Part shown: positions 46,066 through 59,285 of the stretch, in pieces
How positions within the stretch are numbered: position 1 is the stretch's first letter
Layout of the letters: each line of letters starts with the position of its first letter
Source of the DNA: the human T2T-CHM13v2.0 reference genome, Homo sapiens
Reading direction: 5' to 3' (one strand)
DNA: 64,000 nt
Assembly (NCBI RefSeq): GCF_009914755.1
Contig: NC_060926.1
Translations under genes and position numbers: made by a program
Notes under the pieces: generated by a model
What the model was told of the DNA's origin: nothing
The model's database searches: none
What the model saw: only the letters and a program-made list of their open reading frames with translations

Positions 46066-46225
46066 ACATGGGATAATTTTGACTATTTCTGGTATAAAAT
46101 GACAGGAGGCATATCTTTCTGGCAGAGTTTTGATCTTGTGAAACAGCTGCAACAGAAACACATGAATGTTTTTCTAAAAACTAGATTTCAATCTCCACTT
46201 CAACTTACTGGATCAACATACATAG
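46066..46225 (+). other. Candidate unannotated exon (160 nt, open in one frame)
   Basis: Acceptor 'tttctaacttgcag|', strong donor 'AG|gtaagg'; lies in non-repeat sequence; peptide not recognised. Confidence 0.25.
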
Positions 46226-47329
46226 GTAAGGCTCTTCAAACCTAGAATGCAAGGATTTAACGATGCTGCTATTAAAAATAAAGTAACTAATTTCTTTCAC
46301 ATAAATCATTATTTGTTAATTTTCAAATGGATTATACACCCACATTTTATTTCTTTTTGGAATCAAAAATGGATTTAGGGCCAAGATTTTAGTAGAAAAG
46401 AGGTTTCTTTGTAGAAAAAAATATTGCAGAAAAAATACTAGTAAAAACATTGGACACAAAAATATTAGTAAAAACATTGGATGTGATAGAAACAGAAGTG
46501 TTAAAAGAAATGAAGAACAAATCGGGGCATGGAAAATGTATTTCTTCTTAAAAATATTTGTAAAAGCATGAGATGCAGCTATCTTTACAATTAAATTAAA
46601 TGTGTATAAATGGAGAAGACTGAACTATAATCCAAATACTCAGTAATTCTAGTGAAATTTGACATATGATAGATCAATATTTGTGAAAAGAATAGTTTAA
46701 TCAAAATACTAGGTCAAGTCTCTTCGCAATTTTTCTTTATATAGTTGAAATTAAGAGGGACAGCCTGGAGAATATTCTAAGTGTGGCGGGGCCTATAATC
46801 ACAATAAAATATTGATCTGCTTTCTCAGATGATGGCATTTTGGATACACACCACTCTAAGAAATTAATCGTACAAAAGCAATAAATGTTCATTTGTGAGA
46901 TAGTATGTAAAATTCTGATAGAATTTGGTCACTTATTGTTCATTTTTAAAGTCAAGGAATAAAGAAACAGTCTATGAAGAGTTTCAGATAAAAAACCAAA
47001 TGATAGGCTAAACGTAAAGCTGAGCATTAGTGTTACTTGACATTCTCAGGCAACCTGCAATGTGTTATGAGGCCCTTACTTAATTTTCAGTTGAGATAAG
47101 AAAGTTAAATAAATTATCATTCATAGAAGTCATTAAAACAAACTACACCCATGCATTTTCCAGCCAGAATTCACTGTAAAATTTTCATTATGTGAAAAAA
47201 ACCTGATGAATAAGAATAATGACTTTTTCCATAAGTTGGCACACTTCCCAGGCTAGAACACAGGAGAACCTATCTACCAAAAACTATGTCCTTCTACTCC
47301 CTTCAATGAATAAACTACTGTTTTTTTTA

Positions 47330-47560
47330 AAAAAAGTTTATTTCTCTCACACATTAACAAAGATTAGAAGTAAACAGTTCAAGATTTGCATGGCAACTCT
47401 GTGATTATCAGATTATCCTTCTACTGTCAAAATGTCATTTCCACCTTCTGGACCAAGATGGCTGCCTGAGGTCTAGTCATCAGAGCTGCAGTATGATGAA
47501 CAGGAAAAAATAAAGGATGAAAAAGGGAGCATCCTCGTCCTTTAATGACTCTTTCACAAC
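47330..47560 (-). mobile_element. Old MaLR LTR fragment (MLT1J/K-like)
   Basis: 'ccaagatggctgcctgaggtctagtcatca'; heavily diverged. Confidence 0.4.
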
Positions 47561-47624
47561 GTTGCAAACATCAAAGAGTGAACTGATCTTAATCCTTCAA
47601 AATAAACAAGAGTCAGGAGGATTT

Positions 47625-47785
47625 CAATTTGAATCCCAAGTGTATTTTGGGAATATTTTATAAGACTAAAACAAAGTGTTTTATGTTCCATGCCTCAGTT
47701 TCTCTAGCTACAATGAAAATATAAAATTCTGTATTATTCATCTTCCTTACTCAGGGGCTAGAGGTGATAACAAGAAGAGATTGAT
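47625..47785 (+). mobile_element. MIR fragment
   Basis: 'ttgaatccca', 'tgcctcagtttctct..aatgaaaatataa'. Confidence 0.5.
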
Positions 47786-48597
47786 ATGCAGTTCAAATAT
47801 AGACATGTGATAGTGATACTTCATAACATAAAAACAATATTTTATGACTAATGGGCAGAATAAATCCTTCGTCTTTCTGGCACAATATGCATAACTTAAA
47901 AGAATGTCAGAGAAAAAAAAACAACATTAGAATGGAAGTTGTTAAGAACTATTTAAATGACTTTATAACCGTGTATAAACTTACCTAGAATAGGGATGCA
48001 TTGAATTGTTTTAAATAAAAAATTTTCTTAGGTCAGAAGGGAAATCATTTTTGTGACTGTGTGAAAAATACATTCTCACATTGGATACCATTCCACAATT
48101 AATCTACTGCCCTTTTTCCTTATGCCCATTATATTACGTATGTATTCTTGGCATTCAAAGACTGCACATGGTATTACTCTGTTTTGCCTATACTTTTAAC
48201 AATATATTTCAGGACCTTTTTACTGTGATTCTTCAGGATATTTCAAAAAGTATTATGAAAGATGGTAGACCTAGCTGCTGGATAACTGTATTTACTGACA
48301 ATAAAAATTGGTCCACTTAAATTTTAAGGAGATAAGACAATCTCAAGTGAAATGAAAATCAATAACTGGTCCGTTTTTATCTGACATACTAGCTAAGCCA
48401 CATATTAGAGATTAAAGTTAGAAATTAAAATGAACACAATATGGTAATTTCTTTTTTGGTGTTAGATGTTCTTTCCTCCATAGAAGAGATGTGTTCTAGA
48501 CATTTTTTTGTGTGAAATGAATTTATGTTAAGTGAATCTTCCTTTCTGATAGAAAATTAAAAATTTATTCTGTTGATTATAAAACAAGTTCTTACGG

Positions 48598-49494
48598 ACT
48601 TGACCTTTGACAAATCTCCTATTGGTGCTTGGTACCAGCATGAGCTAACTTTATGGCCCAAAGCAACAGGACAGTGTGCTGAGGTCTGGGAGCACCCTCT
48701 CCAGAGAATCCCTAATGTCCAAAAATTGGTCAAAATCTAAAATTTATTTTGCTGTACAATTCACCTTTTTTTCTGGAGTTGTATTTGCCTTCAACGAGTA
48801 AGGCAAGATTTCCTGCTTCTGTGATGATGGAAGGCCAATAACTCCTTTATGAAGTTTGATTTTGCTCCTGCAGGGAAGATGAGTTTGAGTTTTTTCCTGT
48901 TTCTAGGATGATAGAGAGCAGTCTTCAGCCTGAGACCCATCCCTAGGTAAATAGCTGAGTTAGGGTTTTGTCTTGGCTAAGGTGTAACAACCAGCTGGTC
49001 TTAATTTCTCTCTACCATTAGAACATTCTGCGATCATATTGTTGGGGTATTTTGTTGTTGTTGTTGTGTGTTCTGGTCTTTCTTCCATCAGATTTGACCA
49101 ACTCTACCTGACATGGTCAAATTCAAGTGAGAATTCCAAATTATAGGTAATAAAGCTGCTCTAATCTGGTCAAACTTCTTCGCAGCTTCAAAAGAAGAAA
49201 AACAAACAAACAAACAAACAAACAAGAAACAAACAAAAGTGCTCGGTTTCTGTGTTTGCTTCCTGTCTTTAAAATAAAATGTTATTTTGTGTACTTTTCT
49301 TCCACCCTATATCTCCTTCTCCCTTTGCCATCTGCAGTACCAAAAAAATCTGAAGAAGGCTTCTAGTGACTTGAATCCCTTTAAAGAATTCAAAACAAAG
49401 GCACCACCCACTCCTTTTGGGGTGTTCTGTTTTCTTTGTGGAGTTTCAAGAGTCATAGGCAGATTCTTCTTAGGTCTATTGCTCTGTTTTCTTA
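48598..49494 (+). mobile_element. MER4-group ERV1 internal 5' leader (no 5' LTR or PBS), with an (AAAC)n tract
   Basis: 'tgacctttgacaaatctcctattggtgcttggtaccagcatgagctaactttatggc'; decayed gag-like start 'gaattccaaattataggtaataaagc' at ~49132-49156. Confidence 0.8.
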
Positions 49495-49945
49495 TGTGAA
49501 AGGAAAATATCTTGGGCCCCCAATGTTACTAAGCTAAAGAAAAAAATAAAATTCAAGCTTGGAATTTCTTAGGGCAAACCTGCCTTACGTTCTATTCAAA
49601 GTCATTTCTCTGTTCACTGAGATAAATGCAAATCTGATAACTTCCTTTAAAAAGGTTAATCAGAAACTCAAAAGACTGCAACTGTTTGTCTCCCACCTAC
49701 CTGTGACCTGGAAGCCCCCTCCCCACTTTGACTTGTCCTGCTTTTGCTTCCAGTTGTCCTGCCTTTCCGAACCAAACAAATGTTTATTTTACATACGTTG
49801 ATTGATATCTCATGTCTCCCTAAAATATATAAAAGCAAGGTATGCTCTGACCACCTTGGACACATGTCGTCAGGACCTCCTGAGGCAATGTCACAGGTGG
49901 ACCTTCTCAACCTTGGCAAAATAAACTTTCTAAATTAACTGAGAT
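49495..49945 (+). mobile_element. MER4A/MER4A1-like LTR, 3' tip missing
   Basis: 'tgtgaaaggaaaatatcttgggcccc', 'gggcaaacctgcc', 'cacatgtcgtcaggacctcctgaggc', 'ccttggcaaaataaactttctaaattaactgaga'. Confidence 0.88.
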
Positions 49946-50171
49946 CTTTTTTTATCCCATATATGAGCAAGTATTGTACCTAGAGTGGACAAGTCCCTCC
50001 TCTTACTTTCAGGAACACCCTACTCTGTCTATAGAGTAGCTGTTCTTTCACCACTTTACTTTCTTAATAAACTTGCTTTTGCTTTGCACTGTGGACTCGG
50101 CCTGAATTCTTTTTTGTGCAAGATTCAAGTACCCTCTCTTGGGTCTGGATCAGGACCCCTTTCTGGTAACA
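49946..50171 (+). mobile_element. MER41-like LTR, 3' portion
   Basis: 'tactttcttaataaacttgcttttgctttgcactgtggactc..ccctctcttgggtctggatcaggacccctttctggtaaca'. Confidence 0.8.
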
Positions 50172-51578
50172 CTGTTAAAACACAGAAAAGTATTGATGTT
50201 GCACCGTTCACATTACCTGAACGTATTGGTCTGTTTTAAGGCATTTCTTGAGATTATGCATGAATTTTTACAATTGGCTTGGAAGGGAGGCAATTGAAGT
50301 ATGAAAGTGAAGTGTAAGAAAATATATCCTGGACTGGTAGTGCCCTGGCAACTGTCTGCTTGTGTTGAGTCCTCTTCTCCCAATGTAAAGACTTGTTATT
50401 TGACATTCAGAGGTATCATCATTAGGACACATTAGCAAAATAGTGTTTTTGATATTGACAAAAGATTATCATGATGCTAAGACTAGCAAAATATTGAGAA
50501 TTAGCTAGCTTCAACAAGCCTGAAGTGAAGTTATATATGCATATATTAGTTAGCGTTGCTTTCAGGAAAATGAGTATCAAGTTAGATATTAGCCAGTTAT
50601 GAATGTCTCATTTTAACTAATGCAAGTGATGTTACTGAGTTTTCAACTGAACACATGCAGTTGATGTATTTATTAATATTTGAAGGTAGAATTTGAGACT
50701 ATTTGATTTCCTGAAGTTTGAAATACGTTTTCATAAATCCTTATTGACAAACATGTATATGTCTAAAATATGTTTTAATTAGTTTAATATTTATTAATGT
50801 AACTTTTGACTATACTATAAAAAGTCAAAGGGCACTAAAGCGCTTATGGAGAATAGCAGTCCCATGTGCCACTCCTCCAGAGCAAGCACTTTTAAGTTTT
50901 ATCTCTTAATTCATGTGTTTGCTTCCACATTTTTGGATAATAGCTTTGATTGCTATGTTTGTATTTTTTCTTTCCATATAATATGTATTGACTTCCTTTT
51001 TTGGTAGATGAGAATTTAGTTATCTCACTCTACTTTATCTCTCTTTCAACATTATCAATAGAATTACATTTCAATTTTTCTTAAATTAATATTCAGTGGT
51101 TCATTTGTCAGGAGTATGTAAATACTGCCCACAATTGGGCCACATAGGGTGCTGTAGTTACATTTGCTTTTTTGTACAACTCTTTGTCATATCCCAGTGT
51201 TAACTTTCCATCTTTTTATTGGCCTAATTCAATTTAATTTAAACATTATTAAATATGTTAGATCTGTAAAAGACCTTTTAATATTATTTTTTCAGGCATT
51301 CAAACAAATGAACTCATTGATTCATTTCTTTTCTTTCTTTTTCTCTCAAGGGTTTCTTTTGACATTCTCTGGTCTTCTTGATCTCAGCTGGATCTGGAGC
51401 TCTCTAAGATGAAATTGTAGCTGACAATGACTTTCCTCATAAATCTATAATAGCTTAATATAAGCTATTATGTAAGCCTAATAAAGCTTATAAGGGGCTT
51501 TCTATATTAAGCAGCTATTCTTTGTATTGCTTACCCTTCTCTTTTCCTAATTTACTACCCGATTTTATGAAGCCCATA

Positions 51579-52202
51579 TGTGGTTGGCAAAATTATTTGA
51601 AGGCCTCAAAGATTCCTGACTCCTTATTCCAGTTACTTATCTTGTCCCAGTTATTCAATCAAATTCAAATCTAGGTACTGCTGTGTAAGGATATGGCAGA
51701 TATATTTAAGTGTTTAAATCAGTTGATCTTAAGATAGGGAGATTATCTGGGTGTGTCAGGGCTAATTACAAGAGCCCTTTAAAATCAGAGCCTTTTCTCC
51801 AGCTGGTCATAGAAAAGAAAGTGAGAGTTATGAAGCACAGGAAGACCTCAAGTCAGTGTTACTGGTTTGAAGATGGAGAAGGTCGCATGCTAAGGTATAT
51901 GGGAATGTGGGCAGCCTCTAGGACATGAAAACAGGGACATTACATCTACTACCATGAAAATTTGATTTTTGCCAACAACCTCAATAAACTGGAAAGCAGA
52001 TTCCCCCTCAGAGCTTTCAGATAAGACCAGTCTTTCTGGCGATATTGATTTCAGTTTCATAGGACCTTAATCAGAGAATTCAGCTAACTCCAGCCAACCC
52101 CAGCTCAGACTTCTCACCTACAGAAATTTGAGATAATAAATGAATGTTCTTTTAAGCTGCTAAATTTGTGGTAGTTTATTATGCAACAATATGAAACTAA
52201 CA
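51579..52202 (+). mobile_element. MLT1E-like MaLR solo LTR
   Basis: 'ttattcaatcaaa..aatctaggtactgctgtg', 'taagatagggagattatc', 'ttaagctgctaaatttgtggtagtttattatgcaacaata..aaactaaca'. Confidence 0.85.
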
Positions 52203-53739
52203 TGACATCATTCATCAGTTTCTTGAGATAATTTATAATTTCTTAAATGCTTAAACCTATATTTGATACTGTGTTTAATATCTTAGTTTTTACTTGTCAA
52301 CATATTCCATATTTGAATATCAAGATACATCTAATGGTCACATACTAAAATAGATTTCTTAGGTGTGTTTGAGGTGAGTACCTTTTTAATCACCTAAGAT
52401 ATGGTGATGGAGTCTGTATAGTGTTGATTCAATTAAAGTTTACATGCCATCAAATGTACCCAAACTTAAACCTAGGAAAAGTGGTAGCAGCATCTTGAAG
52501 ATACTGTGTTATCTTTTTTGTATAAGTTTATCTATCATTTATAAATACCTATTGTGTTCTAAACATCATGATATAACCTGCGAGGAAACAGCAATTAGCA
52601 AGATTAAGTGTGGACTCTAGTGACCAGAATATGCTTTGCTTTGATGTTTTAATAATTATGCAAGCTTTTTTCAAGAATAAGGAATGCGTCGTATACTCAT
52701 ACCTCCTTTCAAAAAGTTGAGCAGTGAAAAAAATTAATCAAAGAATGTATTGTTTTGACTCTATAATGGTAAACAATCAATTTATTTTTTTCTTACTAAA
52801 TGACTTTGTTGGTGAAACGTAGCAGTTGTCATATTACGACTTCTCTTGCTTCAGAAATTAATGAAAAACACACTAGTCTCCTGAACAAGTCATCTCAGAT
52901 AACTTTAACAAATCTATTGAAAATAACATCTTGGTTTTTATTGATATTCGAAATAGCACTGGATAAATAAATGCATAAACCTTCTCAGTTTCCCGTTACT
53001 CTAAATGGAAAAGTTGTAAAACCATTCCTTTATATTCGCCACAATGGCAGATCTGTTCCATGAATGGTAATGCATGTTTTAAGGTATTAACAAAATTGAT
53101 TATGTAACCCTAGATATATAATGGAACAGAAGGCTAATGCTTATGCCGATTCTGCCTTAAGTAAAATCCATCTGTTTACTACTAAGGTAGCATGCAACTC
53201 AGCTTTGTTTGAATAGAACAAGATGAATACTTGAGGCTATTTTCTATCTGCTAAGACAAAAGTGTAGGGAAACACATAGTAAAACTTATATTTTTTAAAG
53301 ACACGGTTCCCAGCAAACTCTAAGTATTTACTGTCTCTCGAATATGATCAACCCAGAAAAGCCACATGATAGGATACTTGCAAATCTTCCCATAAACCCC
53401 AGTCAACAATCATGTGCATACAAGTCCTGGAGACACTCACAGAGAAGCAACTGATTATTGAATTTTATGTGGAAGGAATTGAGATGAACAGTTAAAGGGA
53501 AATTTATATTAGATTTTTTCTTATAGGTCTGCAGATGTTTTCTTTTTGGACCATTATAAAAGCATGAAGCATAGCTTTGAAAATGTTATTTTAAAAAATA
53601 TGTTTCTGACATAATCATTTATTTCTGAAGAAAATGCTTTGTTCATATTATAGTTGATATTTTCAATGAGATGTTTTGATTAGCCTTATCAACTCTTCAG
53701 TATTTGCCAAATACCCTCCACCCACAGTCATGTTTCTTT

Positions 53740-54030
53740 TGTGTATATAGTTCTATTAAAGTCTGGTAATTTTTGAGATCAAGATCAAACAATATTTCAT
53801 TTGTGAAACCTTCTATAACTGCTGTGCTTTCCTCTGCACTTGACTATGTTTGCTTAAACTTCTAATAGAGTGATTATTTCCTTTTTCCTTGCTATGTTTT
53901 TAATGATGTATATTTCCCTCAAGTCGGTCAAATTGCAAGCTCCTTGAAAACAATGATATGCATCAGAACCAGAACCTTCATACAAGACTCACATAGTGGT
54001 GACTTCATAAATGCCCTGTTGAATTGAATC
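53740..54030 (+). mobile_element. L2 3' end (diverged)
   Basis: 'tgtgaaaccttct', 'aattgcaagctccttgaa', 'cacatagtgg..cataaatg..tgttgaattgaat'. Confidence 0.55.
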
Positions 54031-55424
54031 TTAAAAAGTAATCCATGTCATCCATCAGCAAGGAAAGAACAATTAGTATATCTTGATTGCGGATCATTTG
54101 TTTCCTTAAAATTACCCAGGGAGAAAAAATTGGATGAGGCCAAGAGTATTCCTCATAGTCTGCTAAATATAGCCACAACCTAGGGTTTCATAGGAATAGC
54201 AAGAAAAGCTCTTGGACACTTGAAAGAGAAAGAGAAGATACAGCAATGCAGGACTGAGGCTGATAATAATCAGCAAATTTACAAAAGACAGAAATATTTA
54301 AAACCCGTAGATTTTATCTCTTTGAATTACTGTTTTATATTTATGTCTTATGTATTACCTACCAGAATGTTGTTCATATTCACATTATATAAATGTGAAA
54401 ATACTTTGTGAAATTCTAAGGTTACATTGAAATGACTTCTATCATTATTATATTACCTAACCAAATATTGGCTTTGTAAGCATCTCTTTCTGACATCTCA
54501 ACAATCAATCCCCAAACAACCAATTTCTTTTCTAGTATCCTGCTCTTTAAAAGCACCAAAGTATAGGTCTATACTGTTTCACAGGCAGAAGGTCCCAAAG
54601 AAGTTATTAAACATCCCCTCACAGGAAAGACCCTGAAGAAATATCCCTTTGAAGTCATGGCAAACATAATAATTGGCTTGGTAATTAAGGTTTTGTATTC
54701 ATGTAACAAAGTTTTCAGTAAAGCATTTATTAGCATTTATCAGTACTTAAAGAGGAGTACTCTCAGTTTCAAGAAGACCTCACTATTGTCATAAGATAGA
54801 ATTGAACCAATATATAATTTGCACCGCAGTATGTAACAAGTCTCTTTTAGAAACAAGACAACCTGCATCTCTTATTTTTTATATTTCCGTTAAAATAATA
54901 GATGAGTCGAAAGCCACTTAAGAATTTACAAGAGTTATATTTACAAACAAATTCATACAGATAACACTGTTGTTTTGTGCATTTACAAAACACAACACAT
55001 TTATTTAGTCTTCCGCATGAAAAGCCAGTTAAAGTAGCTTGTTACCAAAAATGTGTTTCAGGAGTTGCCTGGCTCCCTTATAACTTACAAAACTTAACCA
55101 TTTGTTACCTAAACTAAAAAAGTAGATCAATAATTGTTTTATTTGGAGGAAAGAGTAGCTTCCACGTTAAGAAACGATATCTAAGAGAATATGATCTTCA
55201 CATCAGTGCTAAGCTCTGTTTCTGCATCTGTGAGTTAAAGTCTGTTAAAATTGCTTCATTATAAATGACATTCAATGACTGAAGGTCTACACAAGAGGAG
55301 AAAACGGAGTTCTAAAAAGCCACTGGTACATGCTGAAGAGTTCAGACAACTAAGCAATCATTTTGCCAAACAACTGTTTTACCTATGCCAAATTTCTATC
55401 AGGTTCTCGAGGCACAATGAATGC

Positions 55425-55745
55425 CTTTTTATTTTTAAAACAATTTTTATTTTATTTTTTTAGGTTCCGAGGTACATGTGCAGAATGTGCAGGTTTGTTA
55501 CATAGGTAAACATGTTTCATGGTCATTTGCTGCACCTATCAACCCATCACATAGGTATTAAGCCCAGTATACATTAGCTGTTTTCCCTAAAACTCTCTCC
55601 CCCAACAGTCTCCCCCAACTGGCCCCCGTGTGTGGTGTGCCCCTCCCTGTGCCCATGTGTTCTCATTGCTCAGCTCTCACTTATAAGTGAGAACATGCAG
55701 TGTTTGCTTTTCTGTTCCTGTGTTAGTTTGCTGAGAATAATGGTT
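55425..55745 (-). mobile_element. 5'-truncated L1PA8-10-like 3'UTR
   Basis: 'gtacatgtgcagaatgtgcaggtttgttacataggtaaacatg..gcacctatcaacccatca..gtgagaacatgcagtgtttg'. Confidence 0.9.
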
Positions 55746-56495
55746 TTCTTGAATTTAATACAAAATAACTTATCTCAAGAGAAAATACGGATAACCTCTT
55801 TTGCCCAACACTGAGAATTATGCAACAAAGACAAGGTTGCATTCTAGATGTTGCAGGAAAGTTTCAACTTTGTGATTTATGTAATTTTCAGATAATACAT
55901 TTCAATTTGTGTTCAGTATATAGAACTGATGTACCTCAACATTTCTCCTATGTTTTTCTTTTAACTGATAAGAATGCAGAATACTCAATTCAGAGCCCAA
56001 TTATTGTATGTAATTATCTGCTATGATTAACAATATCAAAGTCATTGTTTTCATTTTATTGATTTTGTTGTAATTTTATTTTTGATTATTCTCTTTTGCA
56101 TTATGTGTAAATTTAAAAGCCACAAATCATTTTTTGAAAGAATATAGGACATCGTAATAACTTCCAGAATTCCTTGGAAATTTCCTGAACTCTTTTGTTT
56201 CTTAGCCTATTTAATAAAGGCTGTGTACTTTCATAGAATTCACATTTTGTATTTTAATTTTAATCCTAGAATTTGGTTTCTCAGACTTCAATTAATGATT
56301 CCTGGAGGGCAGTAAGAAAGGCAGCCTGCAATTTCACAAAATCATTGTTCTATTTGATGATTTGTTATAATCAAATAAGCATTTTTTTAAAATTTATTTA
56401 TGTCTTTGAGATGGGGGAAAACTTATAAGTAGATAGGCAGTGATGGAACTTAAACATTACTGTATACATTTGAACAAATATATTTAATTGCTAGT

Positions 56496-58480
56496 TAATA
56501 TTGTTAGGTTCTGTGTTCCTACCCAAACCTCACATTGAATTTTAATCCCCATAATCCCCACATGTCGTGGGAGGGAACTGGTGGGAGGTAATTGAATAAT
56601 GGGGGCAGTTTCTCCCATGCTGTTCTTGCGACAGTGAGTTCTCACCAAATCTTATGGCTTTATAAGTGTGTGGCATTTGCCCTGCTGGCACTCACTTTTT
56701 GTCCTGCAGCACTGCAAAGAGGTGACTTCCGCCATGATTGGAAGTTTCCCAAGGCCTCCCCAGTCATGCAAAACTGTGAGTCAATTAAACCTTTTTTTCT
56801 GTATAAATTACCCAGTCTCGGGTATTTCTTTATAGTAGCCTGAGAATGGACTAATACAGTAAATTGGTACCGAGGTAGTGGGGTGCTGTGGTAAGGATAC
56901 CTGAAAAATGTGAAAGCCACTTTGGAACTGAGTAACAGGCAGAGTTTGAAATAGTTTGGAGGGCTCAGAGGAAGACAGAAAAATGTGGGAAAGTTTGGAA
57001 CTTCCTAGAGACTTGGAGGCCTCAGAAAATAGGAAGGTGTGGGAAAGGTTAGACCTTCCTAGAGACTTGTTGGCTTTGACCAAAACGCTGATAGTGATAT
57101 GGACAATGAAGTCCAGGCTGAGGTGATCTCAGATGGAGATGGGAAACTTGTTGGGAACTGGAATAAAGGTGATTCTTGCAATGCTTTAGCAAAGAGGCTG
57201 GTGGCGTTTTGCCTCTGCCTTAGAGATCTGTGGAACTTTGAACTTGAGAGAGATGATTTAGGGTATCTGGGGGATGAAATTTCTAAGTGGCAAAGCATTG
57301 AAGAGGAAGCAGAGCACAAATGTTTGGAAAATGTGCAGCCCGATGATGGGATAAAAAAGAAAAACCCATTTTCTGGGGAGAAATTCAAGCCTGCTGCAGA
57401 AATTTGCATAAGTAATGAGGAACCAAATGTTAATCACCAAAAGGGAGAATGTCTCCAGGGCATGTCAGAATCCTTCACAGCAGCCTCTCCCATTACAGGC
57501 CTGGAGGCCTAGGAAGGAAAAATGGTTTCTTGGGCCAGGCCCAGGGCCCATGCTTTGTGCAGCTTTGGGCCACCGTCCTCCAGACCCTAGAATGGTAGGT
57601 TAACCAACAGCTTGTGCTGTGCCGTGCACCGGAAAAGCCACAGACACTCAATGCCAGCCAATGAAAGCAGCCAGGAGGGGGGCTGTATCCTGCAAAGCCA
57701 CAGGCACGGAGCTGCTCAAAACCGTGGGAGCCGAACTCTTACATCAGAGTGACCTGGATGTGAGACGTGGAGTCAAAGGAGATAATTTTGGGACTTTAAG
57801 GTTTAATGACTGACCCGCTAGATTTCGAACTTGCATGGGGCCTGTACCCCCTTTGTTGTGGCCAATTTCTCCCATTTGGAGCAGGTATATTTACCCAAAG
57901 CCTGTATCCCAATTGTATCTAGGAAGTAAGTAACTTGCTTTTGATTTCACAGGCTCATAGGCAGAAGGGATTTGCCTTGTCTCAGATAAGACTTTGGACT
58001 TGGACATTTGGGTTAATACTGAATGAGTTAAGACTTTGGGGGATTATTGGGAAGTCATGATTATGTTTTGAAATGTGAGGACATGAGATTTGGGAGGGGC
58101 CAGGTGTGGAATGATACATTTAGGCTTTGTGTCCCCACCCAAATCTCATCTTGAATTATAGTCTCCATAATCCCCAAGTGTCCTGAGAGTGACCCAGTGG
58201 GATGTAATTGAATCATGGGGACGGTTTCCCCTTTGCTGTTTTCGTGATAGTGAGGAGTGAGTTCTCATGAGATCCGATGGTTTTATAAGCGTGTGACATA
58301 TCCCCTGCTGGAACTCATTTTTTCTCCTGTTGCCTTGTGAAGAGGTGCCTTCAGCTATGATTGTAAGTTTTCTGAGGCCTCCCCAGTCATGAGGAACTGT
58401 GATTCAATTAAACCTCTTTTCTTAATAAATTACCCAGTCTCAGGTATTTCTTTATAGCAGCATGAGAACACACTAATATG
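56496..58480 (+). mobile_element. THE1D-like MaLR provirus: 5' LTR 56496-56858, internally deleted body, 3' LTR 58112-58480
   Basis: Two homologous LTRs; MaLR internal ORF remnant 57099-57512 (MDNEVQAEVISDGD..RDLWNFELERDDLGYL); purine tract before the 3' LTR; TSD ctagt/ctagc at 56491-56495 and 58481-58485. Confidence 0.93.
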
Positions 58481-58519
58481 CTAGCTTAAATTAGCAAACC
58501 ATTTAAAATCAACTACCCC

Positions 58520-59285
58520 AATGTGGTGAATCATACCTTTAGCCCAGATATTTCCTCTGAATACCAAGGACATGTTTCAGTGGGCCTATTCAAAATCTCC
58601 ACTTGGATGTGTCCAGGGCTTCACATGCTTAAACTCCTGGTAGATGCTATTATCATGATCCTCTTTCACATGTAGTACTCCAACAGTCTCCTAAGTATTC
58701 TACCTTCCAATTTATTATCTCTGCAGTAACAGGACTGCCTTTTTTTCAAATTGCAAATCTAATCAAACCTCATCATCATCTACAATCTTCTACAATTAAA
58801 TAACTTCACATCACTCTGTGGTTAAAAGAACAAAAATAAAAACTTTGGATCATGACCTTCAAGTACCTGTGGCTTCCCCTTACCACTTTAGCTTCATCTT
58901 CAACTGTTTCCCCATGATTTCTACTCTAGTCATGCTGGCCTTCTCATATGCCCTTGTACTTGGAAAGTTCCTACCTACCATGGGTTCTGGAATAGTCTTC
59001 TCTTCCTCTTTCTCTTCTTATTCATTCTTACTTTATAGATATCACCTCCATCAGCACAGTCCCAGAACTTCACCTTCCCTGAATTCCAAGTCTAGGTCAA
59101 AACCACTCATGACATCAGGTCCTTCTCTTTGTGGTTATTTTATTAATATCTATTGCTTCTTATGAGATTTTAAGTAATAATGTAAGGAATTGTGTCTATT
59201 TTTTCTAAAAGTTGTATCTAATTTCCAAGCCTAATGCTTGGTTTATAGTAGGTATTCAATATAACATTCATTGGATGAATGAATT
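58520..59285 (+). mobile_element. L2 3' region
   Basis: 'atctccacttggatgtgtcc', 'aaattgcaaatctaatca', terminal 'atagtaggtattcaat..ttggatgaatgaat'. Confidence 0.75.

Noticed and set aside
50005-50020. STAT1 GAS site in the MER41-like fragment
   Set aside because: 'tttcaggaa' is not TTCnnnGAA, and the LTR part that carries the known tandem GAS sites appears to be absent.
56958-57069. ~55-bp tandem duplication in the THE1 internal region
   Set aside because: As recalled, it is a feature of the THE1D internal consensus, and the copies are diverged.
57099-57512. 137-aa ATG-initiated ORF
   Set aside because: Remnant of the MaLR internal ORF found in many copies; no evidence of domestication.
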